Shown: piece after piece, positions 7,540 to 16,148 of the stretch | Position numbering within the stretch: position 1 is the first letter of the stretch | How the letters are laid out: each line of letters starts with the position of its first letter | Source: Thermoplasmatota archaeon | Lineage (GTDB): Archaea > Thermoplasmatota > Penumbrarchaeia > Penumbrarchaeales > Penumbrarchaeaceae | Direction: 5' to 3' | DNA length: 18,483 nucleotides | Assembly: GCA_965234725.1 (NCBI GenBank) | Contig: CBDDUX010000075.1 | Location: forward strand, 1 to 18,483 | Notes under the pieces: model-generated | The model's database searches: none | The model's input: only the letters and a program-made list of their open reading frames with translations | Told to the model about the DNA's origin: nothing | Position numbers and translations under genes: made by a program

Positions 7540-10329
7540 TGGTGAACTGCCAGGCACCATTGACCATGTCTCACCCAGGGGGACCTCCTCATTGGCAGTG
7601 AAGTAGGAGAAACTTGCCTGGCCCAGAGGTGAGACATGTATTGTTGTCAATACATCTCCTGAGGTCATTCCACCCGGGACATGAATGGTCCAGGAAGGCG
7701 TGGTTTCCCACATTATCAGTTCCTCACCAATAGTGTCCGGGACCTTCATTCTCGATCCTGTGGTAAGGTCCAATATGATCTGGTCCAGGATATCCACCTT
7801 ATCGAGCTTGACAAGATCATCAGTTGAAAGAGAGGGGAAAACGATCATCCTCGAGAGGTCTGGCATTTTACCACCCTGGAATGATATATGGATCCCGATC
7901 GAAAGACCATTCTCCTCCGCATAGGGAACAATACTTCTGAAAACGGTTCCAAGGTCCTTCCCGTATACATCTGGTAGAGATCTGATAACGTCTCCAAGGT
8001 CCTCCCCTATCAAGAGTACGGAAGCGGATATTGATAGGTCATCATCGGATTCCGGATAGTCCCCGGAAAGATATGGGGATGGTCTTCTCATGATATCGAT
8101 GGATAGAGTTGGAGATGCAAGGTAGGCAGAGGATAGGAGCCTGGTAACGATCTCACCTGGTTGTTTAGGCATCGAGGAGCCTTCGTTGATATTGTACCCT
8201 GCGAAATTACCGTGAACAGTGAACGTTCCCATGTCCAGGTCCAATTCGATCCTGGTACCAGACCAGAGAGCAACCTCCCCCTGGACATTCATTTCACCTC
8301 CGGAAATGGGTCCTATTTCCAGGGTACATTTTCCCTGGGGAAGCATGGATACGATCTCCATCCTGTCCCTCGCAAGGGAATATGAGAATTGAAGGTTCTG
8401 ACCGTCAATTCTCAGAGGTCCCAGGTCATTTAGGTCTATGCCAGGGACCTTGATCTTGTTGTTATAGAAGATATGGAGGTCCTCCTGGGCATCGGTGGTC
8501 CTCAACCAGGAGTCAAGTGAAGAAAGTGCTGCCATCGATGATGAATGAATCGACTGCCTTGCTTCAAGCGGTCCCAACATCTCATCGGCCCATCCGGCAC
8601 TTCTTGAAAGAGAGGATAGAGTTCCGAAGGCTTCCCTGAGCTCCAGCCATGATCTTGATTCGAAATATTCGGTGGCGTTGGCCAATGATGTGATCAACCA
8701 TCCAGTGGATGTTGGTGTGTAGAACTGCTTTCCGGAATTGATATTCCTCAGATGCTCCTTGAAACCTTCATCAACCAATGTTCCGGTCCCAGAATAGATC
8801 CTGACAGGGAATGAGAATTCCAGTGTCCTTTCCATGCTTGATGGATCATAGGTGTTGCCGGCCCATCCCACAGAATCGGCTGACAGCAGGAAGGAGCCCT
8901 TAATATCGAGGTCCCACTGGATACGGTAATCATGGTTGGGAGGCTGGGGCGGAGGTGGTATGGCCCCGCATCTGGTCACTTTATTGATCTGGCTCCCGTT
9001 CCCGGTGGCTATTAGATTCTCATCAGTCAATGACAGGTTTGCATTGGTATACCAGGCATTGTAATCATGAATGCCCTTTACAATGAGGTCCTTCCCTAAA
9101 ACCAGGAAATCAGTATCCAAGGTTGGTTTGAGCGTCCCTGCGGTCACATTGCCTGAAAGTAGCGATCCTGTTGTGATGATCGGGATCCCTTTGTACGACG
9201 TAAAGGAAGGATGGTGTTCAAGTGAATATGGATCAAATGTTTTTGCCGGCAGTCTCGGATCAAGGAGCTGGTTCTCCTTAAGTGGTGATTGAAGGTCAAG
9301 TGCCTCTGTCCTTCCAAGTGTCTTTCCGGTTCTATCCAGGTAGAGGTATCTCATGAAAAGATCTGCAGTATCGGCATGTCCGAATGTCGTTACAAGGGAG
9401 AGAAGGTCCTCTGCAGATCTCCTGACGGGATCATTGCCAGCTGACCGGCCATAATCCCTGAAGTTATCGATCTCCGACATCCCCCAATACCTGTTCCCAG
9501 AAGGGTTCATGATAGTGGCGGGTTCAAGAAGTGAGAAATGAGAGTCTATTGAAGAAGCTAGAGATGGAGGAACGGTACCGGTCCATCTTGCCATTGCAAC
9601 TGCCAGGGCGAAATTGGTCGCAAGCTCCACATCACCGCCGTTCATCAAATGCAGATAGGAATCGGAGAAATCTGTTCCTACCCCATTGGCCGCTCTCAGC
9701 CTGACTATGGTGTTAAGTATGTACTCCACATCCCTTGCCATTCTTGAATACCAAGAATTGGTATCATCTTCCAGAAGATCGATCAGGACCGAAAGAGCTC
9801 TTTCCGGGTCCAGGGTCTCTGTGGAATACGAGATGGTCTCATATCTGATCTCCCCGCCGTTCTCGGGTTCCAGGGAGATCGTCAGAATGACATTTGTCCT
9901 CAGGGCCGGGACTGCGGAAAGAGCACCGGATGACCCGAACATTCTGCTATCAGGAGTAAGGGTTCCGTCATTTTTCTCGTATCCGGATGAAGGTAAGGGG
10001 AGTTCCATTGCAAGCTGGGTCTCTGTTACAAAAACATCTTGTGAGACCAGAACCACCCTGTGATCCGGTACAAGCATTTCAGAGTTGGAGACCCAGGTAG
10101 TGAGATTGGCTTCTATATCCTTGGAAACCTCATCAGCAGTGGAGGATCCCATCTCGGAAGCAAGTGTGCCCGTAAGTGACGACATTCTCTGGGTGAAGGG
10201 TCCCAGCTCAATGGTTGGGGATGGTCTATCGGTTTCTCCGTTTGACAGGAAATAGACAGCTCCGGCACCGGTCAGTCCGATGACAAGGGCGACAGCAAAC
10301 AGCGGTCCTGCAAGATTATTGGATGACAT
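7525..10329 (-). CDS. Large hypothetical membrane-anchored/exported protein (934 aa)
   Basis: Long ORF with N-terminal TM (LFAVALVIGLTGAGAVYFL), GGAGGT RBS at 10335-10340, 14-nt overlap with the upstream gene. Confidence 0.8.
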   Translation of the reverse strand: MSSNNLAGPLFAVALVIGLTGAGAVYFLSNGETDRPSPTIELGPFTQRMSSLTGTLASEMGSSTADEVSKDIEANLTTWVSNSEMLVPDHRVVLVSQDVFVTETQLAMELPLPSSGYEKNDGTLTPDSRMFGSSGALSAVPALRTNVILTISLEPENGGEIRYETISYSTETLDPERALSVLIDLLEDDTNSWYSRMARDVEYILNTIVRLRAANGVGTDFSDSYLHLMNGGDVELATNFALAVAMARWTGTVPPSLASSIDSHFSLLEPATIMNPSGNRYWGMSEIDNFRDYGRSAGNDPVRRSAEDLLSLVTTFGHADTADLFMRYLYLDRTGKTLGRTEALDLQSPLKENQLLDPRLPAKTFDPYSLEHHPSFTSYKGIPIITTGSLLSGNVTAGTLKPTLDTDFLVLGKDLIVKGIHDYNAWYTNANLSLTDENLIATGNGSQINKVTRCGAIPPPPQPPNHDYRIQWDLDIKGSFLLSADSVGWAGNTYDPSSMERTLEFSFPVRIYSGTGTLVDEGFKEHLRNINSGKQFYTPTSTGWLITSLANATEYFESRSWLELREAFGTLSSLSRSAGWADEMLGPLEARQSIHSSSMAALSSLDSWLRTTDAQEDLHIFYNNKIKVPGIDLNDLGPLRIDGQNLQFSYSLARDRMEIVSMLPQGKCTLEIGPISGGEMNVQGEVALWSGTRIELDLDMGTFTVHGNFAGYNINEGSSMPKQPGEIVTRLLSSAYLASPTLSIDIMRRPSPYLSGDYPESDDDLSISASVLLIGEDLGDVIRSLPDVYGKDLGTVFRSIVPYAEENGLSIGIHISFQGGKMPDLSRMIVFPSLSTDDLVKLDKVDILDQIILDLTTGSRMKVPDTIGEELIMWETTPSWTIHVPGGMTSGDVLTTIHVSPLGQASFSYFTANEEVPLGETWSMVPGSSPSPLW

Positions 10330-10864
10330 TTTCTACCTCCCATACCTTCAATTGGAAGTTGAGTGTGATCTCCTGACCATCCTTCAGATCAACTACAACG
10401 GTCTGACTGGTGGAGGTGGAACTCTTATCAATGTTATCAGAGCTGGAGACCACATGACTCCTTTCGGTGTCCCAGCCCTGTCCGGAACTGACAGTAAAGA
10501 TATATGGAGTATCATCTCCCAGCAGGAAGTCTATGTATCCGGACGTTATCGAATCTGTTCCTGACATGTTAGAAGAGGTCTCGGATAGGAGGATATAGTA
10601 AGCCACCGGGATCGAGAGGTCACTGTAATCCTTCTCGTTCACCTCGATCTGGTCCACGGTGGAAGAAAGGAGTATACTCAAAGGTGTGGAATAGGGGTCG
10701 TTCTCGGTGTTCGTTCCCTCTTTCAGGAGTTCTGGAAGGATGGCAGCGATCATGATCCCAGCCACAGAGAGGAAAACAGCTATGAGAATGGCAGTTCTCA
10801 TGGGAAGATGGAATGAACTTCTTCCCTCATCTTCAGAAGATAGGTCAAGTGGTCTATTCTCCAA
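10316..10864 (-). CDS. Hypothetical protein with N-terminal TM helix (possibly minor pilin-like)
   Basis: TTG start with GGAGGTGA RBS (10871-10878), hydrophobic segment AILIAVFLSVAGIMIAAIL, terminal strand ITLNFQLKVW. Confidence 0.75.
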   Translation of the reverse strand: MENRPLDLSSEDEGRSSFHLPMRTAILIAVFLSVAGIMIAAILPELLKEGTNTENDPYSTPLSILLSSTVDQIEVNEKDYSDLSIPVAYYILLSETSSNMSGTDSITSGYIDFLLGDDTPYIFTVSSGQGWDTERSHVVSSSDNIDKSSTSTSQTVVVDLKDGQEITLNFQLKVWEVENVIQ

Positions 10865-11312
10865 AAAGGGTCACCTCCAGTCTTGCCGGGAGGATCCTTC
10901 CGGTCGATGTCTCCACTGCCACATGTTCAATTTGCATTGTTTCCCTGTCCTTTGAATGGTCGTCATAGGATCTCGTATCGGGAACCTTTACAATTATCTC
11001 TGTCTGGTCGGCCAGGATGACCCGGACCAATGCGACCCTCCCATCGAAAGGGTCCATGTCCGATACCCTTCCGGGGTCGGTGGAAAGCTCCTCGATGGCG
11101 AGTGCACCTGATGCTCCGCTATATGTGGACATCAGTACCGGCACGGTCAATCGGGTCTTGGTTCCAAGTTCAGCGTCCCTGTCATTCTCATTGTCCAAAT
11201 AGACCGCGATGCTGCATCCTGCCAGGAATATTACGAGTCCTGTTGCGACAACTGCAAGGCTCCTGCCGTATTCCATTCCTATGGTGACCCTCCGTTTTGT
11301 TCTTATATTCAT
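10854..11312 (-). CDS. Hypothetical protein with N-terminal TM helix (possibly minor pilin-like)
   Basis: Basic N-terminus then SLAVVATGLVIFLAGCSIAVYL, C-terminus VAVETSTGRILPARLEVTLF. First gene of an overlapping operon. Start uncertain (11357, 11312 or 11276). Confidence 0.7.
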   Translation of the reverse strand: MNIRTKRRVTIGMEYGRSLAVVATGLVIFLAGCSIAVYLDNENDRDAELGTKTRLTVPVLMSTYSGASGALAIEELSTDPGRVSDMDPFDGRVALVRVILADQTEIIVKVPDTRSYDDHSKDRETMQIEHVAVETSTGRILPARLEVTLFGE

Positions 11313-11380
11313 TGATCCCGCCCCTTTTTGAATATTCCGGTACACCGGTGGACACATGTGATACCATATACTGAAACAAA

Positions 11381-11395
11381 AATTATATAAATATA
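11381..11395. promoter_or_regulatory. Putative TATA element in a divergent gap, possibly bidirectional
   Basis: AATTATATAAATATA preceded by an A-rich BRE-like tract, about 30 nt upstream of GTG 11418. Confidence 0.5.
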
Positions 11396-11417
11396 GGGAG
11401 GTGGTCGTTGTTCATAG

Positions 11418-13820
11418 GTGATCTTGTTGTCCAGAGGTACGATCTTAGCACCATTGATGTTTATTGCCCTGATGTTCTGTTCAGCCCTTTATGTCCAGGG
11501 AGCAGAAGATCCAGGGGAGGATCAGGGAAGATATTTCGGTTCTGAGAGGATCTACAATTCCACAAGGTCCTTGAGCGGTGGGATGGGAGCTGGAGATCTC
11601 GATGGTGACGGTGACATAGAGGTGGTGTTCTGCGATTTCTCCGGGAATGTGGTGATGCTCTCTCCCCAGAGCGATGGCAGTTTCAATGCCCTCCCCATCT
11701 GGGAGGAGGAAGGCCCACAGGGAACAGACAGGGGTCTTTTCGATCTAGTTGTTGCTGATGTCCTTGAAGACTTTCCCGGACCCGAGATCCTTGTTGGAGG
11801 ATATTCCGGTAATCTTTATGCGATCCATAGGGAAGGTGGTCTCTGGACCCACACGGTCCTCTATACGACCCCTATGTATGATGATGTTAAGAGGATAAGG
11901 ATATTCGACATAGAGGTTGCAGATGTAGATCCTGCCCCTGGACCGGAGATATTGATAGGATCGATGATAAACGATCAGTTGGAACCTGACAGGTATCTGA
12001 GGTATGTTTATAGGTCCGGATCCGACTGGGATTCCGTTGAGATAGAGGTCCCTGATGCGGTAAAGGTCATTGATGTGGGGGATGCCGATCCAACCCTTGA
12101 TGGAGATGAGATCTATATCACGACATCCGGATGGAACGAGGTGGGTGGAACCGATTCTTCTCTCGTTCAACTTCACAGGAACGGAACTAGTTGGGATCAA
12201 AGGACATTATTCCGAAATCCGGAGAACCTGATAGCAAATGTCAGAGTTGGAGAGTTCTGGTCCGGTCATGAGGGAAAGGAACTGATAACCGCAGGACTTT
12301 CAGGATGGTGTCGTGTTTTCTGGGAGAATGGTGGCACCTTCCAGAGAAAGGATGTGTTCCAGGCCAAGACCTCTGCGGGTGAAAGTTCTGCCATAGAAGG
12401 ACTTGCCATCGGAGATTTCAATCCCCGCCATGATGGTGATGAGGCGATGGTCACAGGTTACTACAATGTTGTGACCCAGGTATATGAGGTTGAAGGAGAG
12501 GTCGTGGGTGAAACAGCCTGGAAGACCGATGCCGAAAACATCAGGCTTGAATTCGCAGGAGTGGAGGTTGTCGACGTATCCGATAAATTCTCCGGGAACG
12601 AGGTCCTCGTGGCGAACCTGGCCGGGTGGATAGAGATGTTATACTATCAGGATGACGGTCTTTCCCTGATCCTTCCGGATGGCACATTGGAAGTGGATGT
12701 GGATTCCGTTGAACAGTTCAATATTGAGATCATACCGGAAGGAAGCGTTTCCGGTGACCTGGTAGTGGATATTACGGGAGGGGATATGGTAGATGTGATC
12801 TATGACAGGGATCATTCCCTCGTACAAGGGGAGAGATTGAACGTTCCTGTTGTGATCGATCCGATCTCAGGCGAGGAGAGGACCTTCAGGTTGAACGTTA
12901 CCGTTTCCGTGGGTGATATCTCAAGGTCCGGAGAGGTGACCGTGAGGATAGTCCCGGCTGGTGGTGGTTTCTCTATCCTGGTACAGCCATCCACTGTGAT
13001 CCTTTATGACAAAGGCGGGAATACCATGACATCGACGGTTTCCCTTGTTGGTGCCGAAGCTTACGATCAGATAGAACTTTCTGTCAATGAAGTAAATGGT
13101 CTTTCGATCATGGTCGATTCACCCATCAGACCAGGTGATACCAAGAACCTGATCATTCAGGCCAATCCCGGATTCATCGGTAGCAGGACCCTTACCCTGA
13201 CAGGTTCATACAATGGTGTTCCCATTGCACAGGCCAGCATCATGGTGGAGGTCAGATCCCTTTCACAGGAACTTGATTTCCAGCTTAAGAAGGATTCCAA
13301 TGACAGGTATTTCGTCAGGATCTTCCTGAATGGATCAGCTCCGGTCAAGGGAATGACCATAGCCATACAGATTGGTGACGAGGTGATCTACAGGACCACT
13401 CTTGATATGGAACCGAACTCTCAGGTGGACCTTCCTCCTCTTGCTCTCGAGAAAGGAGATAAAGGTCAGGTTTCTGTCAAGGCCACGAACGTGGCTGATG
13501 CTGATATAGAGATAATGAACCTGGGGCCTGTGGAGATCCCTGACGATGAAAAGGACAAGAGCAGCGGTTGGGAACTCCTTCTCGGAGTGGTGATCATTGT
13601 TATTGCCATAGTAGTGGTGATCGTCCTCTTCCTGTTCGTGAAACCCAAACAGGATCCAGGAGACGATGCTTCGATAGAGGGTATCGGAGGGAGGAGGAAA
13701 TATGATTACAGAACCGACGAGGAGCCTGTTAGGAGGGGCCGGATTTCTGAAAGGGAGATTCCCAGAAGGAGAGCTGAACCGAGAGGTCCTCCCAGAAGAC
13801 CCCGAGGACCGAGGTCCTAG
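11418..13820 (+). CDS. Cell-surface protein: FG-GAP-like beta-propeller, Ig-like stalk, TM anchor, Arg/Pro-rich tail
   Basis: Signal peptide and seven repeats (GDLDGDGDIEVV, ADVLEDFPGPEIL, ADVDPAPGPEIL, GDADPTLDGDEIY, GEFWSGHEGKELI, GDFNPRHDGDEAM, VDVSDKFSGNEVL). TM LLLGVVIIVIAIVVVIVLFLFV. Confidence 0.85.
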   Translation: MILLSRGTILAPLMFIALMFCSALYVQGAEDPGEDQGRYFGSERIYNSTRSLSGGMGAGDLDGDGDIEVVFCDFSGNVVMLSPQSDGSFNALPIWEEEGPQGTDRGLFDLVVADVLEDFPGPEILVGGYSGNLYAIHREGGLWTHTVLYTTPMYDDVKRIRIFDIEVADVDPAPGPEILIGSMINDQLEPDRYLRYVYRSGSDWDSVEIEVPDAVKVIDVGDADPTLDGDEIYITTSGWNEVGGTDSSLVQLHRNGTSWDQRTLFRNPENLIANVRVGEFWSGHEGKELITAGLSGWCRVFWENGGTFQRKDVFQAKTSAGESSAIEGLAIGDFNPRHDGDEAMVTGYYNVVTQVYEVEGEVVGETAWKTDAENIRLEFAGVEVVDVSDKFSGNEVLVANLAGWIEMLYYQDDGLSLILPDGTLEVDVDSVEQFNIEIIPEGSVSGDLVVDITGGDMVDVIYDRDHSLVQGERLNVPVVIDPISGEERTFRLNVTVSVGDISRSGEVTVRIVPAGGGFSILVQPSTVILYDKGGNTMTSTVSLVGAEAYDQIELSVNEVNGLSIMVDSPIRPGDTKNLIIQANPGFIGSRTLTLTGSYNGVPIAQASIMVEVRSLSQELDFQLKKDSNDRYFVRIFLNGSAPVKGMTIAIQIGDEVIYRTTLDMEPNSQVDLPPLALEKGDKGQVSVKATNVADADIEIMNLGPVEIPDDEKDKSSGWELLLGVVIIVIAIVVVIVLFLFVKPKQDPGDDASIEGIGGRRKYDYRTDEEPVRRGRISEREIPRRRAEPRGPPRRPRGPRS

Positions 13821-14233
13821 AGATCGATCCTGATCGGGTCCTCTAAAGTTCTCCTGTATTCCAGGTGATCATAGGTAGAGGTCTCCTTCACCTCGAAATA
13901 GATGATAAAGGAGATGTTTTCACCGGGGGAGATAGAAGGTTCGGAATCCCCTTCGTATCCTCTGCACCAGGTCTCTTCATCTCCTCTAATAAGGAAGAAT
14001 TGATATGCAGTTATCGGAACGGACCCTTTCTCGTTGTTGTTGGTAATGTTCAAATCAAGGAAGAGCCAGGTATTCCCGGTAGTGGGAAGGTAACCTTCCT
14101 CTGTCTCGTTCCTGAACTCTTTCTTGAGGACCGTGATCTCTAGGTCCGGTTTCAGCGTTTCACTGACCTCTTCCAGGCATCCGGAAATTGGAATAACCAA
14201 TATTATCAGAAGAGACAGATATCTGATTTTCAC
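13817..14233 (-). CDS. Lipoprotein, DUF4352-like Ig-fold
   Basis: GTG start, lipobox ISGC, P..GNTWLFLDLNITN...F.L...ISPGE....IYFEV pattern. Confidence 0.75.
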   Translation of the reverse strand: MKIRYLSLLIILVIPISGCLEEVSETLKPDLEITVLKKEFRNETEEGYLPTTGNTWLFLDLNITNNNEKGSVPITAYQFFLIRGDEETWCRGYEGDSEPSISPGENISFIIYFEVKETSTYDHLEYRRTLEDPIRIDL

Positions 14234-14280
14234 AGGCTTGAAGTGGGGTAGGGATTAATCAATCTTTGGAATATTGAAGG

Positions 14281-14332
14281 TGCATATGTTTTATGCAAGA
14301 TTATAAATATGCATATGTATTATAATCATTAT
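14281..14332 (+). promoter_or_regulatory. TA promoter with candidate autoregulatory palindromes
   Basis: TTATAAATA (14301-14309) about 25-30 nt before ATG 14333, flanked by TGCATA-n5-TATGCA (14281-14297) and ATATGCATAT (14307-14316). Confidence 0.55.
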
Positions 14333-14527
14333 ATGTCAGAAACAACGACAATACGCATCAGCACCGAGGTCAGGGATAGCCTGAAGGGACTTGGAAACAT
14401 AGGTGATGATTACGATGCGGTGATAGACAGATTGATCAGAGAACATAACAGAGAGAGTTTGGTCCAGTATTCAAGGAAGGTCGTAGAAGAGAGGAAGGAG
14501 GATTTTGTTGACATCGACGACCTTTAA
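14333..14527 (+). CDS. Ribbon-helix-helix-type antitoxin
   Basis: TTTIRISTEVRDSLKGLG..GDDYDAVIDRLI, acidic tail EDFVDIDDL, overlaps the downstream RelE-like gene. Confidence 0.82.
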   Translation: MSETTTIRISTEVRDSLKGLGNIGDDYDAVIDRLIREHNRESLVQYSRKVVEERKEDFVDIDDL

Positions 14528-14792
14528 GGTCCTTGTCCTCCCTGAACAACTTCGGGATATTCCCCCCTCAAGGGAGAGGGAGATCAAGGAGGCTATAAGG
14601 GAATTGAAGGAACCATATCCGGGTATTGGTAGGGGAGATAAGAAACTGATCAGAGGTTCCAGGGATGTAGTATACCGATTGCGTAGTGGTGAATACAGGA
14701 TCTTCTACAGGATCGAGAAGAGGATGAGGATCGTTTATGTATTTGACATTCTCAATCAGGATGCAGCTCATAAGAAATATGGAAGATTGTAG
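14508..14792 (+). CDS. relE: RelE/ParE family toxin
   Basis: About 94 aa, basic, with KEPYP..GDKKLIRG...YRLRSGEYRIFYRI....VYV. TTG start (14505 or 14508) after GGAGG. Confidence 0.88.
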   Translation: MTSTTFKVLVLPEQLRDIPPSREREIKEAIRELKEPYPGIGRGDKKLIRGSRDVVYRLRSGEYRIFYRIEKRMRIVYVFDILNQDAAHKKYGRL

Positions 14793-14886
14793 AGGTTTTT
14801 TCTGGCCAGGTTTGGTTTAAATAATCTTTAAGTAGAAAAAGGGTATCTCCCAGTTCAGAGGACCTGAGCCCAGTATTTTGATCCAT

Positions 14887-15003
14887 GTCGGGGTGGCTCA
14901 GCTTGGTGGAGCGCCGGACTCATAGGGGCCCTTGTGGCTATACGTGAGCTCCCAAGTACCCGGAGAAATCCGGAGGTCGCGGGTTCAAACCCCGTCCCCG
15001 ACA
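14887..15003 (+). tRNA. Elongator tRNA-Met(CAT) with a 43-nt intron at 37/38 (14925-14967)
   Basis: Acceptor GTCGGGG/CCCCGAC, D-arm GCTC..GAGC, anticodon arm CCGGA-CTCATA|A-TCCGG, T-arm GCGGG-TTCAAAC-CCCGT. BHB-like junction CTCA/GGAG with TAG and AAA bulges. Confidence 0.95.
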
Positions 15004-15051
15004 CCTTTTCTTAATAAGCCAGACACATCTCATTTTGTTGGTTTGTCCCCC

Positions 15052-15059
15052 TTTTTTTT
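15052..15059 (+). terminator. Oligo-T tract, possible archaeal terminator after tRNA-Met
   Basis: T8 run about 50 nt downstream of the tRNA. Confidence 0.4.
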
Positions 15060-15135
15060 AATACACTATTTATGACGATACAATTGCACACAGTTTACAG
15101 TTAATTACAAATAATGTTAACTCTGTACAACAATC

Positions 15136-15333
15136 ATGACATTGGCAACAAAGAGGATTCCTGTCACCGAAGAAACCCTTGATTTGATCAAAGGTTTAGG
15201 TCACAAAGGTCAGACCTATGATGATCTCCTACAGGAGATGGCAGAAGCCTATCGAAGAGAGAAATTCCTAAGGATGCTGAAAGAAAGGCGAGAAGAGGGG
15301 GATTTCGTGGACTTCGACGAGGCATTTGAATGA
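15136..15333 (+). CDS. Ribbon-helix-helix-type antitoxin (similar to 14333-14527)
   Basis: TKRIPVTEETLDLIKGLGHKGQTYDDLL, tail EGDFVDFDEAFE, ATGA overlap with the toxin. Confidence 0.83.
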   Translation: MTLATKRIPVTEETLDLIKGLGHKGQTYDDLLQEMAEAYRREKFLRMLKERREEGDFVDFDEAFE

Positions 15334-15602
15334 CCTATAGTCTTAAGGTTGAAAAAAGAGCAATCAAAGAAATGAATCTCCTTTCAAAGAACATTCAAGA
15401 TAGGATTAAAGAGAAGATCAAAGTAACACTAGTTGAAAACCCATTTCCAACAGGGGATAATGATATAAAGAAAATCAAGGGATCAAAATTCTGGAGATTG
15501 CGGATTGGAGAATATCGAGTATTCTTTGATATTGATCAAGAAGATAATATCGTTTATATCCTTTCAATAAGACATCGTTCTAAAGCCTATAGAGAATTGT
15601 AA
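15330..15602 (+). CDS. relE: RelE/ParE family toxin
   Basis: MTYSLKVEKRAIKEM...ENPFP...IKKIKG..FWRLRIGEYRVFFDI...IVYILSIRHRSKAY. Confidence 0.92.
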   Translation: MTYSLKVEKRAIKEMNLLSKNIQDRIKEKIKVTLVENPFPTGDNDIKKIKGSKFWRLRIGEYRVFFDIDQEDNIVYILSIRHRSKAYREL

Positions 15603-15614
15603 ATAGGTAAGTTG

Positions 15615-15795
15615 AGGCCCCCGAAGGGACCCTTTCTTCCTTTGCTCCTGTTCATCTCTCTTGAAGGCATCCAGAAGAGATAATATCATGTTGGGTATCG
15701 TTTTTGACATCTTGGAGGTCACTACCTCCAAGGTAAGGAAAATCTCTGATTTTCTGGAAGTTTTGAGTCTGTTTTCAAACCATGTCCCCGACACT
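15615..15795. repeat. Conserved ~180-bp non-coding element, copy 1, ending in a tRNA-Met 3'-end copy (19/21)
   Basis: Aligns to 18027-18205 with 35 substitutions and a 2-nt gap by hand count. The last 65 nt have only 4 mismatches. Confidence 0.92.
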
Positions 15796-15798
15796 TTA

Positions 15799-16001
15799 CT
15801 ACCATTGCTATGCAATGGTAGATAGTATTTGCTGGTGACGTAGGGGTCCTCCGAGTGGAAGATCGATGTGAAATTGGTCCAAGGCGAGGAGGCCTGAAAA
15901 ATCTTTGATTTTTCAAAGGTTGAACCCTTGGGTGGTTGAGCATTTGAAATGTGTAATCGACGATCTAAAATGCTCAACCTGAGCAAAACCGAAGGTTTTG
16001 C
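15799..16001. repeat. Gene-less cluster of perfect inverted repeats
   Basis: CTACCATTGC-tat-GCAATGGTAG (15799-15821), TGAAAAATC-ttt-GATTTTTCA (15895-15915), GGTTGAGCATTT..AAATGCTCAACC (15934-15979), GCAAAACC-gaa-GGTTTTGC (15983-16001). Confidence 0.88.
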
Positions 16002-16030
16002 GGAATCAAATTCTAATTAGAGTGAAAGAG

Positions 16031-16052
16031 AACCCCGTCCCCGACACCTTTT
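16031..16052 (+). repeat. att-like copy of the tRNA-Met 3' end plus downstream bases
   Basis: AACCCCGTCCCCGACACCTTTT identical to 14988-15009 (22/22). Confidence 0.92.
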
Positions 16053-16148
16053 GGTTTGATTACGGTACCATATAGTTAGACCCCGTCACCTCAGCGGTTG
16101 GAACCTACACCTCTACTTTAAGCAGGAATGAGTCTATTTTCGTAAATA

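Noticed and set aside
743..14143. Many short ORFs antisense to or nested within the long genes
   Set aside because: Shadow ORFs overlapping well-supported CDSs, with no recognisable motifs.
15564..15986. 140-aa and 73-aa minus-strand ORFs, possibly an SSV-type split integrase fragment
   Set aside because: They run through palindromes and the att-like core, show no integrase motifs, and the frame equivalent to the 140-aa ORF has several stops in repeat copy 2.
16080..16090. ACCCCGTCACC as a further att-like copy
   Set aside because: Only a 10/11-nt match, too short to distinguish from chance.
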